64,000 nt of DNA. Source: an uncultured Gemmatimonadaceae bacterium. Lineage in GTDB: Bacteria > Gemmatimonadota > Gemmatimonadetes > Gemmatimonadales > Gemmatimonadaceae. Below, one piece after another: positions 1 to 7,765 of the stretch. The stretch spans positions 30,379-94,378 of the forward strand of contig CAWFOG010000028.1 in assembly GCA_963817445.1 (NCBI GenBank). The letters run 5' to 3'. The position numbers were made by a program, and so were the translations under genes. The notes under the pieces were generated by a model. It worked only from the letters and a program-made list of their open reading frames with translations, searched no databases and was not told the origin of the DNA. Position 1 is the stretch's first letter, and each line of letters begins with the position of its first letter.

Positions 1-429
1 GTCTCCACCACCCACATCACAGTTCCGGCGGGACGTTTTCGCATGGCGTGGTTCCTCAAGGACTATCCACGCTGGGCCCTCGAGCCGGCCGCGAGTTTCG
101 ACTGGACCAAGCTCGAGCACGTCGACGGCGTACTCGTCTACGACGTCGAGGTCGGTGCACTCTATCAGTTGACGGATTTCATAATTGAGACTGGTAATGA
201 GCGGCGCTTGACGACGCTCTGGTCGCCGTACGTCCGTCCATTTCTCGGCGTGGTCGGCGTTTCGGACGGTGGGTCCACCGCGCAATTCACCGCCGGCGCC
301 GGCTTCGGCGTTCGTAAGCCGCTCAAGGATGACTTTGCCGCGCGCTTCGAAGTGAACGGAGGCTGGGCGTTCAACCCCACCAACTTCCGCATCGGATTCC
401 TCGCGGGGCTGTCGTTCTTCCCGCACTAG
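1..429 (+). CDS. hypothetical protein, 3' part (open to window start); possible outer-membrane beta-barrel C-terminus
   Basis: ORF 43..429 has no in-frame stop back to nt 1. It has Gly/aromatic-rich alternating segments and an aromatic C-terminus (GFLAGLSFFPH). Confidence 0.35.
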   Translation, partial: VSTTHITVPAGRFRMAWFLKDYPRWALEPAASFDWTKLEHVDGVLVYDVEVGALYQLTDFIIETGNERRLTTLWSPYVRPFLGVVGVSDGGSTAQFTAGAGFGVRKPLKDDFAARFEVNGGWAFNPTNFRIGFLAGLSFFPH

Positions 430-445
430 CTCGTGGCGCGATTCG

Positions 446-1297
446 CTAACGCTCTCGGGTCCACAACCACAGCGAGCCACACCCGTTGTCGTCGCTGTGC
501 ATGCCCATCGGCGACGCCGCGCCGCCGGCGTAAAACTCGGCGCCGGCCAAGTCGCTGACGTTGTAGTCCGTTCTGAAATCGGGCGGAGCGACGCCTACCA
601 TCTTCGAGGAGTACTGGAGGACACCGTCGAGGTAGACCGCTACAAAGCAGTTGGGCGCTGTGCACGCGCCCAGAATGGCGAGTCCCGAGCACGGTTTGCG
701 CGTCGAGACGAGTGCGGTAATTATCTTGCCCGGCACTGTCACTGTTTGCTGCGTCAGCCCCGGCATCCGACTCTCCACGAGATTCGACATCGTCGTATTC
801 TCGTTCCGCCGCATGACGCTGTCGCTGATGAAGTGGCCGCCCATCCCCGAGAGGCGGCGTTCCTCGAATCCTTGTAGACGCGGCGAGATGTACTTGCGCG
901 CTCCCGCGATCGTTCGCACGGTATCGAGCGTCGCCACCTCGGCGAGCGCGTAGGTACGCACGTTCTCGTGCTCGGCGGACAGCACGATCGTGTCGCGCTG
1001 GACGACGAGCCCCAGGTAGCGCACCTGCACGAGCTCCATCCCCGAGGTCACATCGTCAAAGCGGAACGCGCCGCTGCTGTCGGTCGACGCATGCAGATTG
1101 GGCACCACCAGCCAGACGTCGGCACCGCTGACCGGCGCGGACGTGCCCGCGTGCACCACGCGACCGCGGAACACGGCGGTGACGATCGGAGCGGCGTGCG
1201 GCGCGAGCGAGTCGCGCTGCTGCGCGCGGGCGGTTGTCGGAACCGCGGACAGGCTGGCGAGTGGGAAGAGTGCGGCGACAGCGAGACGAGTGAGCAT
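446..1297 (-). CDS. secreted CarboxypepD_reg-like domain protein with plug-like C-terminal region (paralog 1)
   Basis: Signal peptide MLTRLAVAALFPLASLSAVPTTARAQQ. CarboxypepD_reg-like segment GRVVHAGTSAPVSGADVWLV...TDSSGAFRF. Shares the C-terminus CGSLWLWTRER with 14847..15698. Confidence 0.8.
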   Translation of the reverse strand: MLTRLAVAALFPLASLSAVPTTARAQQRDSLAPHAAPIVTAVFRGRVVHAGTSAPVSGADVWLVVPNLHASTDSSGAFRFDDVTSGMELVQVRYLGLVVQRDTIVLSAEHENVRTYALAEVATLDTVRTIAGARKYISPRLQGFEERRLSGMGGHFISDSVMRRNENTTMSNLVESRMPGLTQQTVTVPGKIITALVSTRKPCSGLAILGACTAPNCFVAVYLDGVLQYSSKMVGVAPPDFRTDYNVSDLAGAEFYAGGAASPMGMHSDDNGCGSLWLWTRER

Positions 1298-1356
1298 GGT
1301 GGATTCCGTTCTGGGAGGTCAAACCCCTGCAGTTCGAGCATCTGCGGAAACGCGCT

Positions 1357-2214
1357 TCATTTCTCCCGCGTCCAGATCGCGAGCACGCCGCACGGATTGC
1401 TATTGAACTGCGCCGGCGTCGACGCTCCTCCGGTGTAGTACTCGACGCCGGCGACGTCGCTCGTGTTGTACATGCTGAGGTCCGGCGGGATGACCCCGGG
1501 CATTCTTCTGGGATCGTAAATGAGCACGTTGTCGACGTACACGCTCGAATAGCAAACGTCGGGGTTCGTGCTGCCATGGGCACCCGGACATTTCTGAAAT
1601 GCGCCGCACGCGGACATCCCGCCGCTCCGTGAGCCGATCGCCCATACAGCATCCGGGTTCTCGCCAGGGGGAGCCAATATCGACCGGAAGAATTGCACGC
1701 CATGCAACCGGCTCTCCAAGACTTCTGGCAAGCGCCGGTTCTCGTTCTGCCGGAGGACCGAGTCGCCGACGAAGGAGCCCCCGCCGTGCGAGTGCATGCG
1801 CTCCTCGAAGTCGTTCAGGTTCCCGGAGATGTACTTTTTCGGCGTGGCGTTCGTGACAACGGAATCGAGCTGCACCGCGGCCGCATGCAGCACGAAATTC
1901 AGCGGCGCATCGGCGGTTGCCGTGACCGTGACCGAATCCGTGGCGGATTTGAATCCTGGCACGCGCACCATCACCAGATAACGCCCGGGCGCCACCGCGA
2001 CGCGATACTCGCCCGTCTCACCCGTCCGAGTGTTGATGTCGAGCGCCGGAACGAGAATCTCGGCGTTCGCGACGCCGTGGGAGCTGGCGGAATCGCTCGT
2101 CACCTTGCCAACGATCGCGCCGCGCACTGCGGACTGCGCGCCCATCCGGTTGCTGGCAACCAGCAACGGGACGAAGGCCGCCAGTGCGACCGGCAACACA
2201 ACACGGCAGATCAT
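1357..2214 (-). CDS. secreted CarboxypepD_reg-like domain protein (paralog 2)
   Basis: Same architecture as 446..1297 (GKVTSDSASSHGVANAEILVPALDINTRTGETGEYRV; C-terminus CGVLAIWTREK). Start taken at the internal ATG 2214 (MICRVVLPVALAAFVPLLVA), which gives a signal peptide. Confidence 0.75.
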   Translation of the reverse strand: MICRVVLPVALAAFVPLLVASNRMGAQSAVRGAIVGKVTSDSASSHGVANAEILVPALDINTRTGETGEYRVAVAPGRYLVMVRVPGFKSATDSVTVTATADAPLNFVLHAAAVQLDSVVTNATPKKYISGNLNDFEERMHSHGGGSFVGDSVLRQNENRRLPEVLESRLHGVQFFRSILAPPGENPDAVWAIGSRSGGMSACGAFQKCPGAHGSTNPDVCYSSVYVDNVLIYDPRRMPGVIPPDLSMYNTSDVAGVEYYTGGASTPAQFNSNPCGVLAIWTREK

Positions 2215-2439
2215 CGAAGCCCTCCCGCGAATCGAACCACAGCAGAGAACATAGCGCTCGCGCTCCTTGAAGCGTGACAATCATGCGCTCGCTAGGGCGC
2301 TGCCGTAAGTTCATGGCATGAAACGCTTCGGGACGCACGCAACCGGACTCGTGGCAGGCGGCAGGCTCGTAGCGAGCGGCACGGTGGGCGTGCGCATCAT
2401 CAGCCGACGCGAACAGTCGAATCCTCCTCGGGGCCAACG

Positions 2440-2802
2440 GTGATGTTCAAAATCTTGGGCGTTTGGGCGTTTCTTATTGCTGCGACAGCGATGGAGGCCA
2501 GCGGTGATGCGGTTGTGCGGATCGGCTTATTTGAAAAGTCTGGCGCGACCCGAGTCGGCGTATTGGTCGGAGGAGCCGCGCTCCTCTTCGGGTATGGAAT
2601 TGCACTCAACCTGACCCCGCTCCCGTTCGAGCGCGTCGTGGGGCTGTATATCGCGACCCTGTTCTTGATCTGGCAGGTCGTCAGCTTTTTCACCTTTCGC
2701 TCAGTCCCCAGTCTATCAATCATGGTAGGCGGAACGCTGATCGTGATTGGCGGCTTGCTGGTCACGTTCTGGTCCGGCGCGCCGACCAGCGTCCTTCGTT
2801 GA
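2440..2802 (+). CDS. small 4-TM membrane protein, YnfA/UPF0060- or SMR-like
   Basis: 120 aa with four hydrophobic segments. Spacing is similar to my recollection of E. coli YnfA. Confidence 0.5.
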   Translation: MMFKILGVWAFLIAATAMEASGDAVVRIGLFEKSGATRVGVLVGGAALLFGYGIALNLTPLPFERVVGLYIATLFLIWQVVSFFTFRSVPSLSIMVGGTLIVIGGLLVTFWSGAPTSVLR

Positions 2803-2906
2803 GTTTTCTCTGCCGCCGAGCGGAGAACGGAGAAGAACTCTGAGGCGGTAGCGCGTGACGGATCCGACGCGGCGCGTCCGCCCTGTCGCCGCTGGCCCCG
2901 GTGTCA

Positions 2907-3362
2907 TCAACTCATTCTCGACCCGCCGTGCGCCTGGACGTACGCCATGCGCGCCGCGTCGCGTGCCTCTCGGATATCGGGAACCAGCGCGCGGAGCGCA
3001 TCGGCGGCAACCTGTTGACTCACACCGCTCAGGCAGAGCGAATGGCTCAAGGTCCGCCGAAGAACAGCGAAGTCGTCAGAGACCGTGTCCCGCGACGCAC
3101 GCTGGCCACATCTGAACGTGCCATGACGCTCGGCGACACTCCGAATCCGGCGCCTTCGCGTCGGTGAACTACCGCCCTCGCAGTCGTCCAAAAGTTCCTC
3201 GAGCACCCGCCGAAGTTCGCCGGTGCGATCATCCGGCGGCATTGAGCACCAAGGCTCACGACCGCCTACGGACAACGTCCACGTCCGCATCACAACGTCG
3301 ATGAGTTCGGGCAACCGGTCTCTTCTCACGTCCTCCCCGAATGAATCGCCAGTCTCCGCCAT
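2907..3362 (-). CDS. hypothetical protein
   Basis: 151-aa ORF directly downstream of the OmpA-like gene on the same strand. Composition is protein-like but I recognised no motif. Confidence 0.4.
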   Translation of the reverse strand: MAETGDSFGEDVRRDRLPELIDVVMRTWTLSVGGREPWCSMPPDDRTGELRRVLEELLDDCEGGSSPTRRRRIRSVAERHGTFRCGQRASRDTVSDDFAVLRRTLSHSLCLSGVSQQVAADALRALVPDIREARDAARMAYVQAHGGSRMS

Positions 3363-3374
3363 GGCGCGCGAACG

Positions 3375-4004
3375 CTAACGGGACGCGGTGATCCGATCAC
3401 CGCCTTCGACGATTACGAACTCGGCGCGCCGATTGCGACTCCAGCATGCCTCGTTGTGCTCGGCGCAGATGGGGCGCTCCTCCCCGTTCGACGTGATGGC
3501 CAACCGGGCGCCGTCGACGCCATGCTCGATCAGATAGCGTCTCGCTTCCGCGGCGCGCCGTGTGCCGAGCGCCAAGTTGTACTCGGCCGAACCGCGATCA
3601 TCGGTATTCCCGTCGATGCGAAGCTTCAGCGATCCGTTGGCGTTGAGAATCGACGCCTTGCCGTCGAGGAGCGCACGATCGGACGCCAGAATCTCGGCGC
3701 GGTCGAAGTCGAAATGAATGGGCTCGACCAGCCGCGCGCGCGCGTTTGCTTCGGCGAGCCGCATCGCATCGGCGGCTCGGCGCAAACTGTCGGCGCGGGC
3801 GTTGGCCCGGGCGATCGCCTCTCGCCGCGCCGCTTCGGCTCGCGCGATGGAGTCCGCCCGTGCGCGGGCACCGTCGTCATTGGTCGACGCTGATGGCGAC
3901 GCGCTTGCCGGCGTCACCGCTGGCGGAGTTCGGTGGCAGGCGGCGCCGCCGAGGATCGCGGCGGCGATGATCGATGTCTTACGGACAGTGGCGAGGGGGA
4001 TCAT
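3375..4004 (-). CDS. OmpA/Pal-like peptidoglycan-associated lipoprotein
   Basis: Lipobox AILGGAAC after the internal ATG 4004. OmpA_C signature: IHFDFDRAEI...LRIDGNTDDRGSAEYNLALGTRRAEA...RNRRAEFVI. Confidence 0.85.
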   Translation of the reverse strand: MIPLATVRKTSIIAAAILGGAACHRTPPAVTPASASPSASTNDDGARARADSIARAEAARREAIARANARADSLRRAADAMRLAEANARARLVEPIHFDFDRAEILASDRALLDGKASILNANGSLKLRIDGNTDDRGSAEYNLALGTRRAAEARRYLIEHGVDGARLAITSNGEERPICAEHNEACWSRNRRAEFVIVEGGDRITASR

Positions 4005-4095
4005 TCGAGTCTCCGGAGGACGAGAGGTGGGGCTGGAGCCGGTATCGCCGGCGACCATGGGGGCGGCGATGGGGGCGGCGATGGTTTTTTACTGC

Positions 4096-4206
4096 GGGGG
4101 ATCCCCCACATTATCACGCCCCTGCGCCGTGCGCCACTGGCGCCGGCGCAAAGACTCTGCGTGCTCGCTGGCGCCATTTACGGGGGATTCCCCATATTAT
4201 CAGAGG
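4096..4206 (+). promoter_or_regulatory. two copies of a GGGGGAT(C/T)CCCC-A(C/T)ATTATCA motif in the pal/marR divergent intergenic region
   Basis: gggggatcccccacattatcacg at 4096-4118 (12-bp perfect palindrome GGGGGATCCCCC). gggggattccccatattatcaga at 4182-4204. Confidence 0.35.
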
Positions 4207-4472
4207 CGTGACTGTTGCGCACCCCCGATGCGCGGCCGGACGACCGATCACTGGCGCGATGACGCGGATACGCAACGAGTGCCAGGCGCCGCTTCCTGTG
4301 CTACGGCATCGTGCCGTGGGGCCTGCCCGTGGGCGCCGGGATCGCGTTCGTCGTCGTCCGGCGTGCAACGCCGGCGTCCCGGCCAGCAGGAGCCAGGCAT
4401 CTAGCGGCCGCGCGATCGGCCCGGTTACACTGCTTCGTTCATCCTGTTCGTGCTGTCCTTCTGACTCATGTC

Positions 4473-5054
4473 GTGAGCCCTCGCAGACGGAGTTCCTCGC
4501 CCCCGAAGCCGCGCGGTTCACGCGCTCGGCGGCCCGACCCGGTCGCCTCAGCGCTCACGTCCATCCGCCGGCTCGTGCGCGTGCTGCGACTGAACGCCAA
4601 GCGGACCGAGGCCATCACCGGCGTCACCGCCGCGCAGCTCTTCGTGTTGCAGCACGTCCAAACCGACGGCGGACTCTCGGTCAATGAGCTCGCGGTCAAA
4701 ACGCTCACCGACCGCAGCTCTGTCGCCGGCGTCGTGGAACGTTTGCAAGCGCAGGGACTGGTCGACCGTGCCGTCGATCCCGCGGATCGGCGGCGCGCGC
4801 GCATCCGCATCACGACCGCGGGCCGCCGCATGCTGGCGCGGTCGCCGGACGCTCCGACGACCGCGCTCATCGCCGCACTCCACGTGCTCACGCCGGCGCA
4901 GCGCACGTCCCTCGCCCGATCGCTCGAACGGCTGAATCGGGCGCTCGGCGCCGGGCATGCGCCGGCCAGCATGCTGTTCGCCGACGCCGAGCAGGCGATC
5001 GCTACGCCTCGCCGAGCGCGCGGACGACGCAAGGGGCACCCGACGGAAGGATAG
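4473..5054 (+). CDS. MarR-family transcriptional regulator
   Basis: Winged-helix region LTAAQLFVLQHVQTDGGLSVNELAVKTLTDRSSVAGVVERLQAQGLVDRAVDPADRRRARIRITTAGR. The start is uncertain: the ORF is open from 4311 and GTG 4473 was chosen. Confidence 0.8.
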   Translation: MSPRRRSSSPPKPRGSRARRPDPVASALTSIRRLVRVLRLNAKRTEAITGVTAAQLFVLQHVQTDGGLSVNELAVKTLTDRSSVAGVVERLQAQGLVDRAVDPADRRRARIRITTAGRRMLARSPDAPTTALIAALHVLTPAQRTSLARSLERLNRALGAGHAPASMLFADAEQAIATPRRARGRRKGHPTEG

Positions 5055-5082
5055 ACCGCTCGCGGCGACCTATCCGGAATAC

Positions 5083-5104
5083 GGGACCTCCCCCATATTT
5101 CAGG
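5083..5104 (+). promoter_or_regulatory. third, degenerate copy of the G-run/C-run + ATAT motif, upstream of the small membrane protein/ClC genes
   Basis: gggacctcccccatatttcagg, 45 nt before ATG 5149. Confidence 0.3.
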
Positions 5105-5148
5105 AAAGGCGGCGGTTCACGGCCGCATGTCCCGTCAGGTCTCCGCGC

Positions 5149-5475
5149 ATGCCGATGCATCGCCCGCAGTCGACGGAATACAGTCGTTTCATTCTCCGGC
5201 GCGGGATCGTCCCGTGGGGCATCGCCGTCGGCGCGATCGCCGGCGTTCTCGAGGTCGTCGGCATGAGGCACGGCCGCTCCGCCGACCCGGCCGCCGGGAC
5301 GCTGTCAATTATTCTCGTTGGAGTTCTATGCTTCATCATGTGGTGTGGACTCGTCGGCTGGGCGATCGGTTCGTTTCTCTGGTCGACGCGCGACCCTGGC
5401 CCCGCCGGCGGGAGCAGCCCTCGCGCCGCGGTCGGCGCACCACGTGACCGACCGCGCCCCCACGACCGCCGATGA
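5149..5475 (+). CDS. small membrane protein (2-3 TM)
   Basis: ATG 5149 (MPMHRPQSTEY...). Hydrophobic segments GIAVGAIAGVLEVV and LSIILVGVLCFIMWCGLVGWAIGSFLW. Confidence 0.4.
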   Translation: MPMHRPQSTEYSRFILRRGIVPWGIAVGAIAGVLEVVGMRHGRSADPAAGTLSIILVGVLCFIMWCGLVGWAIGSFLWSTRDPGPAGGSSPRAAVGAPRDRPRPHDRR

Positions 5476-7201
5476 CCATCGATCGCTCACGCCGAACAGC
5501 CGGCCGCTGCCGCCCACGTTTCGGCGGTCGTGGACTCGACAGCGGCGGCTGATCGTCGACACGCTCATCCTCGGCGCCTGCGGCGCCGCGGCCGCACAGT
5601 TGTTCAATCTGCTGCTTCGCTGGTCCAATGCGCTGTTCCTGCATCGCATCGCCGGATATCAACCGCCCGGATTGCCGAGCGAAGGCGCGCCGTCGACGGA
5701 AGTGATCGGACCGCACGGCCTGTGGCTGATTCCCGTCACGACCACGCTCGGAGGACTCATTGTCGGCGCGATCACGACCTGGCTCGCGCCCGAGGCAGAA
5801 GGACATGGCACCGACGCCGTCGCCCGTGCCTTCCACCGCGCCGGCGGTGCGCTGCGCGGGCGAGTCGCGCCCGTCAAGCTCATCGCGTCGGCGATCACCA
5901 TCGGATCGGGCGGCGCCGCCGGGCGCGAAGGACCGATCGCGCTCGTCACGGCCGGCGTCGGCTCGTGGTACGCCACCATCACGAAGCGCGACGAGCGCGA
6001 TCATCGTTTGCTGCTCCTCGTCGGCGCGGCCGCCGGCCTTTCGGCCGTGTTCCGCTCGCCCATCGGCGCGGCGATCTTCGTCATCGAAGTGCTCTACGCC
6101 GAGATGGACTTCGAGGCGGGCGTGCTGTTGTACGCGACGCTCGCGTCGATCCTCGCGTACGCACTCAACGGACTGGTCGTCGGATGGCAGCCGCTGTTCC
6201 GCATCTCGGCGCCGATCTCGACGCTGCGCGCCCCGCTCGATTACTCATGGTATGGTGTGCTCGGAATCGCCGCCGGAGTACTCGCCGTGGCGGTGCCGGT
6301 CGTGTTCTACAATGTGCGCGACCTCTTTCGACGCATGCCGATTCACGCCGCCCTCAAGCCGGCTGTCGGCGGCCTGGGCATGGGCCTGATCGCACTCGTG
6401 CTTCCGCAGGTGATCGGCGGCGGCTACGGCTGGATCCAACGCGCCATCGATGGCCAACTCGCGCTCGGGCTCCTGCTCGCCCTCGCCGTCGCCAAGCTCG
6501 TGGCCATGAGTCTCACCGTCGCGTCAGGCGGATCGGGCGGCGTCTTTGCTCCAACGCTGTTCGTCGGCGCGATGCTCGGCGGCGCATGCGCCTCGGCGGC
6601 ACACCTGCCGCCCGCGCCATTCGTGGTCGTCGGCATGGCCGCGGTGTTCGCCGGATCGGCACACGTGCCGATCGCCACGATGATGATGGTGACCGAGATG
6701 ACCGGCGGCTACGCCCTGCTCGTCCCTGCGGCACTCGCCGTCATGCTCAGCTACCTCGTGCAGATGCGTCTGAGTGCTCGGTTGCGCTATCGGAGCGTGT
6801 ACGAGGCCCAGGTCGCCAACCGCGCCGATTCACCCGCCCATCACACGCAGCACCTCGAGACCGCGCTTCGCATCTTGCGCGAGCAGGACTTGTCGAACCT
6901 CGAGAACCTCGGCGAGGTCGATCTGCTCGCGCTGCTGCGCGCGGGCATCTCGGTAGAGCTGGCCGGCGGGCGGCGAATCGTCATCGGCGCGCTCAGCCCA
7001 AAGAGTCCGGCCGTCGGGACGACGCTCGGGACGAGCGGCCGCGACCTGGCGGGCGCCGATACGAATGTCATCGCCATCTTTCGCCACGAGCACATTCTCA
7101 TCCCGCGCGCCGATACGATGTTAGAAAACGGTGATCGACTGGTCGTCGTTGCCAACGACGACGGCGTCGCGCTGGTCCGGGCACAGCTCGATCCGTGGTG
7201 A
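5444..7201 (+). CDS. ClC-family chloride channel/transporter with C-terminal TrkA-C (RCK_C) domain
   Basis: ClC motifs GSGGAAGREGP and GGVFAPTLFVGAMLG. C-terminal TrkA-C-like segment: RIVIGALSPKSPAVGTTL...ENGDRLVVVANDDG. The start is uncertain: the ORF is open from 5318 and GTG 5444 was chosen. Confidence 0.85.
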   Translation: MTDRAPTTADDHRSLTPNSRPLPPTFRRSWTRQRRLIVDTLILGACGAAAAQLFNLLLRWSNALFLHRIAGYQPPGLPSEGAPSTEVIGPHGLWLIPVTTTLGGLIVGAITTWLAPEAEGHGTDAVARAFHRAGGALRGRVAPVKLIASAITIGSGGAAGREGPIALVTAGVGSWYATITKRDERDHRLLLLVGAAAGLSAVFRSPIGAAIFVIEVLYAEMDFEAGVLLYATLASILAYALNGLVVGWQPLFRISAPISTLRAPLDYSWYGVLGIAAGVLAVAVPVVFYNVRDLFRRMPIHAALKPAVGGLGMGLIALVLPQVIGGGYGWIQRAIDGQLALGLLLALAVAKLVAMSLTVASGGSGGVFAPTLFVGAMLGGACASAAHLPPAPFVVVGMAAVFAGSAHVPIATMMMVTEMTGGYALLVPAALAVMLSYLVQMRLSARLRYRSVYEAQVANRADSPAHHTQHLETALRILREQDLSNLENLGEVDLLALLRAGISVELAGGRRIVIGALSPKSPAVGTTLGTSGRDLAGADTNVIAIFRHEHILIPRADTMLENGDRLVVVANDDGVALVRAQLDPW

Positions 7202-7206
7202 GCCCG

Positions 7207-7689
7207 CATCGCGCATACTTTACCTCGCATCGCGAATACTTTACCCCGCATCGCGCACACTTTACCCCACATCGCGTTCCGTCAACTTCACATCGCGTTG
7301 CGTCGACAACGCACCACCGTCCGCCGACCACGTAGCGCCGTCCGCCGACCACGTAGCGCCGTCCGCCGACAACGTTCCTCCGTCCGCCGACTGCTTACCG
7401 CCGTCGGTCGACAACGTACCACCGTCCGTCGACTGCTTACCGCCGTCCGTCGACGACTCACAGCCGTCAGTCGACGACGATCCGTCTTCAGTCGACGACG
7501 ATCCGTCTTCAGTCAACGACGATCCGTCTTCCGTCGACAACTCACCACCGTCCGTCGACTGCTTACCACCGTCCGTCGACGACTCACTGCCTTCAGTCGA
7601 CGACGAACCGTCTTCCGTCGACAACTTACCGCCGTCCGCCGACAACTCACCGCCCTCCGCCGACAACTCACCGCCCTCCGTCGACTACC
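7207..7689. repeat. tandem array of 23 diverged 21-bp units in perfect register
   Basis: Five CATCGCG-N14 units (7207-7311) are followed by 18 units of the type NNNCCGTC(C/T)G(C/T)CGACNNNN. Most of these carry GTCGAC. No indels occur between units. Confidence 0.9.
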
Positions 7690-7765
7690 ATGCGTGGTGA
7701 GGGAGCGCCTCAGGGTCGCGCGTCCAGTCACGCGACGCGCGAACGCCGAGCCATCGCTTTATAGA

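Noticed and set aside
5109-5121. ggcggttca as the right inverted repeat partner of the IS3-like end at 15699
   Set aside because: Only 9 nt match. The remainder does not align with the 29-bp repeat, and the site is 10 kb away within an otherwise intact locus.
7207-7689. Possible CRISPR array
   Set aside because: The units are contiguous 21-mers with no spacers, are shorter than CRISPR repeats, and are diverged from each other. No cas genes are nearby.
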